Positions 60,701 through 64,000 of a stretch of DNA of 64,000 nt are shown piece by piece. The stretch spans positions 1-64,000 of the forward strand of contig NW_026576387.1 of NCBI RefSeq assembly GCF_028641065.1, read 5' to 3'. The position numbers and the translations under genes were made by a program. Positions within the stretch are counted from its first letter, which is position 1, and each line of letters begins with the position of its first letter. The notes beneath the pieces are model-generated. The model worked only from the letters and a program-made list of their open reading frames with translations. It did not search any database and had not been told where the DNA came from. This stretch comes from Leucoraja erinacea (lineage: Eukaryota).

Positions 60701-63700
60701 CCTTCTGTACCAGCATGCTTACTTTCAGTGACTGATGTACAAGTACACCCAGGTCTCGTTGCACCTCCCCTTTTCCTAATCTGAGACCATTCAGATAATT
60801 ATCTGCCTTCTTCCTCTTGCCACCAAAGTGGTTATTCTCAAATTTATCCACATTATACAGCATCTGCCATGCAACTGCCCACTCACCCAACCTATCCAGG
60901 TCACCCCGCAGCCTCATAGCATCCTCCTCGCAGATCACACTGTTACCCAGCTTAGTGTCATCCGCAAACTTGGCAATGTTATATTTAATTCCATCATGAC
61001 ACAAGGATGACAGATGTCACAAAGCTGGGTGGCAGTGTGAAGTGTGAACTGTGAGGATGATGCTATGAGAATGCAGGATGACTTGGACAGGTTGGGGGAG
61101 TGGGCTGATGCATGGCAGATGAAGTTTAATGCGGATAAATGTGAGGTTATCCACATTGGTAGCAAAAACAGGAAGGCTGATTACTACCTAAATGGCGTCA
61201 AGTTGGGAAAAGGGGAAGTACAACGGGATCTGGGGGTCCCTGTACAACAGTCTATGAAAGTAAGCATGCAGGTACAGCAGGCCGTGAAGAAAGCGAATGC
61301 CATGTTGGCCTTTATAACAAGAGGAATCGAATATAGGAGCAAAGAGGTCCTTCTGCAGTTGTAGAGAGCCCGAATGAGACCATACCTGGAGTATTGTGTG
61401 CAGTTTTGGTCCCCTAATTTGAGGAAGGACAGTCTTGCTATTGAGGGAGTGCAGCGTTGGTTTACAAGGTTGATTCCCGGGATGGTGGAACTCTCATATG
61501 CTGAGAGAATGGAGCAGCTGGGCTTGTACACTCTGGAGTTTAGAAGGATGAAAGGATATCTAATTGAAAAATATAAGATTGTTAACGGCTTGGACGCGCT
61601 AGAGGCAGGAAACATGTTCCCGATGTTGGGGGAGACCAGAACCAGGGGCCACAGTTTAAGAATCAGGAGTAAGCCATTTAGAACGGAGACGAGGAAACAC
61701 TTTTTCTCACAGAGAGTGGCGAGTCTGTGGAATTCTCTGCCTCGGCGGTGGAGGCGGGTTCTCTGGATGCTTTCAAGAGAGAGCTAGATAGGGCTCTTAA
61801 AATAGCGTAGTTAGGGGATATGAGGAGAAGGCCGGAACAGGGTACTGATTGGGGATGATCAGCCATGATCATATTGAATGGCGGTGCTGGCTGGAAGGGC
61901 CAAATGGCCTCTACTCCTGCACCTATTGTCTATTGTCTAAAACTAAACGGAGGAGAACTAAAATGCAATAAGGCGAGAAAGGTAGAAATATGAATGTGAG
62001 CTAGTCAACAAAGTTAAATGCTGGAGTAAATCAGCGGTACAGGCAGCATCTCTGGAGACAAGGAATGGGTGACGTTTCGGGCCGAGACCTTTCAGCAGAA
62101 GAATTTTCATCTACATTAAGGGTATATTTTGCTATTCATAGCAAAATGATTTGAGTATAGGAGCAGGGAGGTTCTACTGCAGTTGTACAGGGTCTTGGTG
62201 AGACCACGCCTGGAGTATTGCGTACAGTTTTGGTCTCCTAATCTGAGGAAATACATTCTTGCCATAGAGGGAGTACAGAGAAGGTTCACCAGACTGATTC
62301 CTGGGATGTCAGGACTTTCATATGAAGAAAGACTGGATAGACGCGGCTTGTACTCGCTAGAATTTAGAAGATTGAGGGGGAATCTTATAGAAACTTACAA
62401 AATTCTTAAGGGGTTGGACAGGCTAGATGCAGGAAGATTATTCCCGATGTTGGGGAAGTCCAGAACTAGGGGGTCACAGTTTAAGGATAAGGGGGAAATC
62501 TTTTAGGACCGAGATGAGAAAAACATTTTTTTTCACACACACAGAGTGGTGAATCTGTGGAATTCTCTGCCACAGAAGGTAGGTTGAGGCCAGTTCATTG
62601 GCTATATTTAAGAGGGAGTTAGATATGGCCCTTGAGGCTAAAGGGATCAGGGGGTGTGGAGAGAAGTCAGGTACATGATACTGAGTTGGATGATCAGCCA
62701 TGATCATATTGAATGGCGGTGCAGGCCTACTCCTGCACCTATTTCCTATGTTTCTATGTTTCTATGTAAAACAGAGGAACAAGTGGACCGGGCCACTGGA
62801 AAATGAAGATGATCAGCTTACTTTAGTTTAGTTTAGTTTAGCTTATTGTCACGTGTAGCAAGATACTATGAAAAATGTTTGTTGCCTGTTTACCAGTCAG
62901 CAGAAAGACAACACATGATTACAATCGATACATTTACAGTTTATCGGTACATGATAAAGGAACATCGATTAGTGCAAGGTAAGGCCAGCAAGATCCGATC
63001 ATGGATAATCTGAGGGTCACCAAAGAGGTAGATAATAGTTCAGCACTGCTCTCTGGTTGTGGTAGGATGATCCAGTTAGAAACATAGAAACATAGAAAAT
63101 AGGTGCAGGAGTAGAGGCCATTCGGCCCTTCGAGCCTGCACCGCCATTCAATGTAATCATGACTGATCATCCAACTCAGTATCCTGTACCTGCCTTCATC
63201 TCCATACTCTCTGATCCTTTTAGCCACAAGGGCCACATCTAACTCCCTCTTAAATATAGCCAATGAACTGTGGCCTCAACTACCTTCTGTGGCAGAGAAT
63301 TCCACAGATTCACCACTCTCTGTGTAAAAAATGATGTTCTCATTTGGGTCCTAAAAGATTTCCCCCTTATCCTTAAACTGTGTGACCCCTTGTTCTGGAC
63401 TTCCCCAACATCGGGAACAATCTTCCTGCATCTAGCCTATCCAACCCCTTAAGAATGTTGTAAGTTTCTATAAGATCCCCCCTCAATCTTCTAAATTCTG
63501 GGGGATCAGGGGGATGGAGAGAAGGCAGAACAAGGGGTCACACAGTTTAAGGATAAAGGGGAAATCTTTTAGGACCGAAATGAGATGAGAAAAACATGAG
63601 TGTGAAGTGGTGAATCTGTGGAATTCTCTGCCACAGAAGGTAGTTGAGGCCACGGTTCATTGGCTATATTTAAGAGGGAGTTAGATGTGGCCCTTGTGGC

Positions 63701-63840
63701 TAAAGGGATCAGGGGGTATGGAGAGAAGGCAGGTACAGGATACTGAGTTGGATGATCAGCCATGATCATATTGAATGGCGGTGCAGGCTCGAAGGGCCGA
63801 ATGGCCTATTCCTGTACCTATTTTCTATGTTTCTATGTTT
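57757..63840. mobile_element. CR1 cluster: A+ 57757-58530, old+ 58545-59115, A- 59216-59707, old- 59982-61000, C+ 61010-61939, A+ 62130-62766, A- 63078-63500, A+ 63500-63840
   Basis: RT ORFs 57788-58246, 60372-61004, 61044-61787 and 62183-62506. Confidence 0.87.
59780..59915 (-). mobile_element. V-SINE fragment
   Basis: Reverse complement carries GTTCGATCCCGACTCCGGGTGCTGTC...GTTTGCACGTT...GGTTTCCTTCCAC. Confidence 0.65.
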
Positions 63841-64000
63841 CCTCCATTTTCAGAGTGAGGCTAAACGCAAATTGGAGCAACAGATATATAGAATATTTCG
63901 AGAGATATTGATTATTTCGCTTGGGGAGCTTACAGCCCAGTGGTATGAATAATATTTTTTCTAACTTCAAGTAAGTCCGGCATCCCTTCTCTCTCTATAC

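Overview
This is vertebrate genomic DNA from a cartilaginous fish, most likely a skate or ray. That assignment is inferred from the Ig isotype, the germline-joined VJ and the V-SINE/CR1 content. Most of the window is nested, 5'-truncated retroelements: at least four CR1 LINE subfamilies, Rex1/Babar-like LINE ends, Penelope fragments with hammerhead-ribozyme-like cores, and V-SINE/HE1-like SINEs. There are also several non-autonomous DNA transposons: Harbinger-like MITEs, a hAT-like element and two THAP-bearing fold-back elements. Three intact-looking spliced genes sit in this matrix. (1) An immunoglobulin light-chain minicluster of the cartilaginous-fish type I/sigma-cart class, with leader 23611-23659, pre-joined VJ 24342-24701 with no RSS, and C 27573-27901. 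(2, 3) Two divergent, head-to-head, two-exon class A GPCR genes of a GPR139/GPR142-related family: minus strand 41530-41461 + 39432-38534 (322 aa), and plus strand 49101-49167 + 54752-55644 (319 aa). Their short first exons are not in the ORF track and were read from the sequence. The best candidate for an under-described system is this receptor pair, which is conserved on the cytoplasmic side, divergent on the extracellular side, and lies about 10 kb from a germline-fixed antibody gene. There is one assembly gap (41973-42256). Repeat boundaries are approximate.
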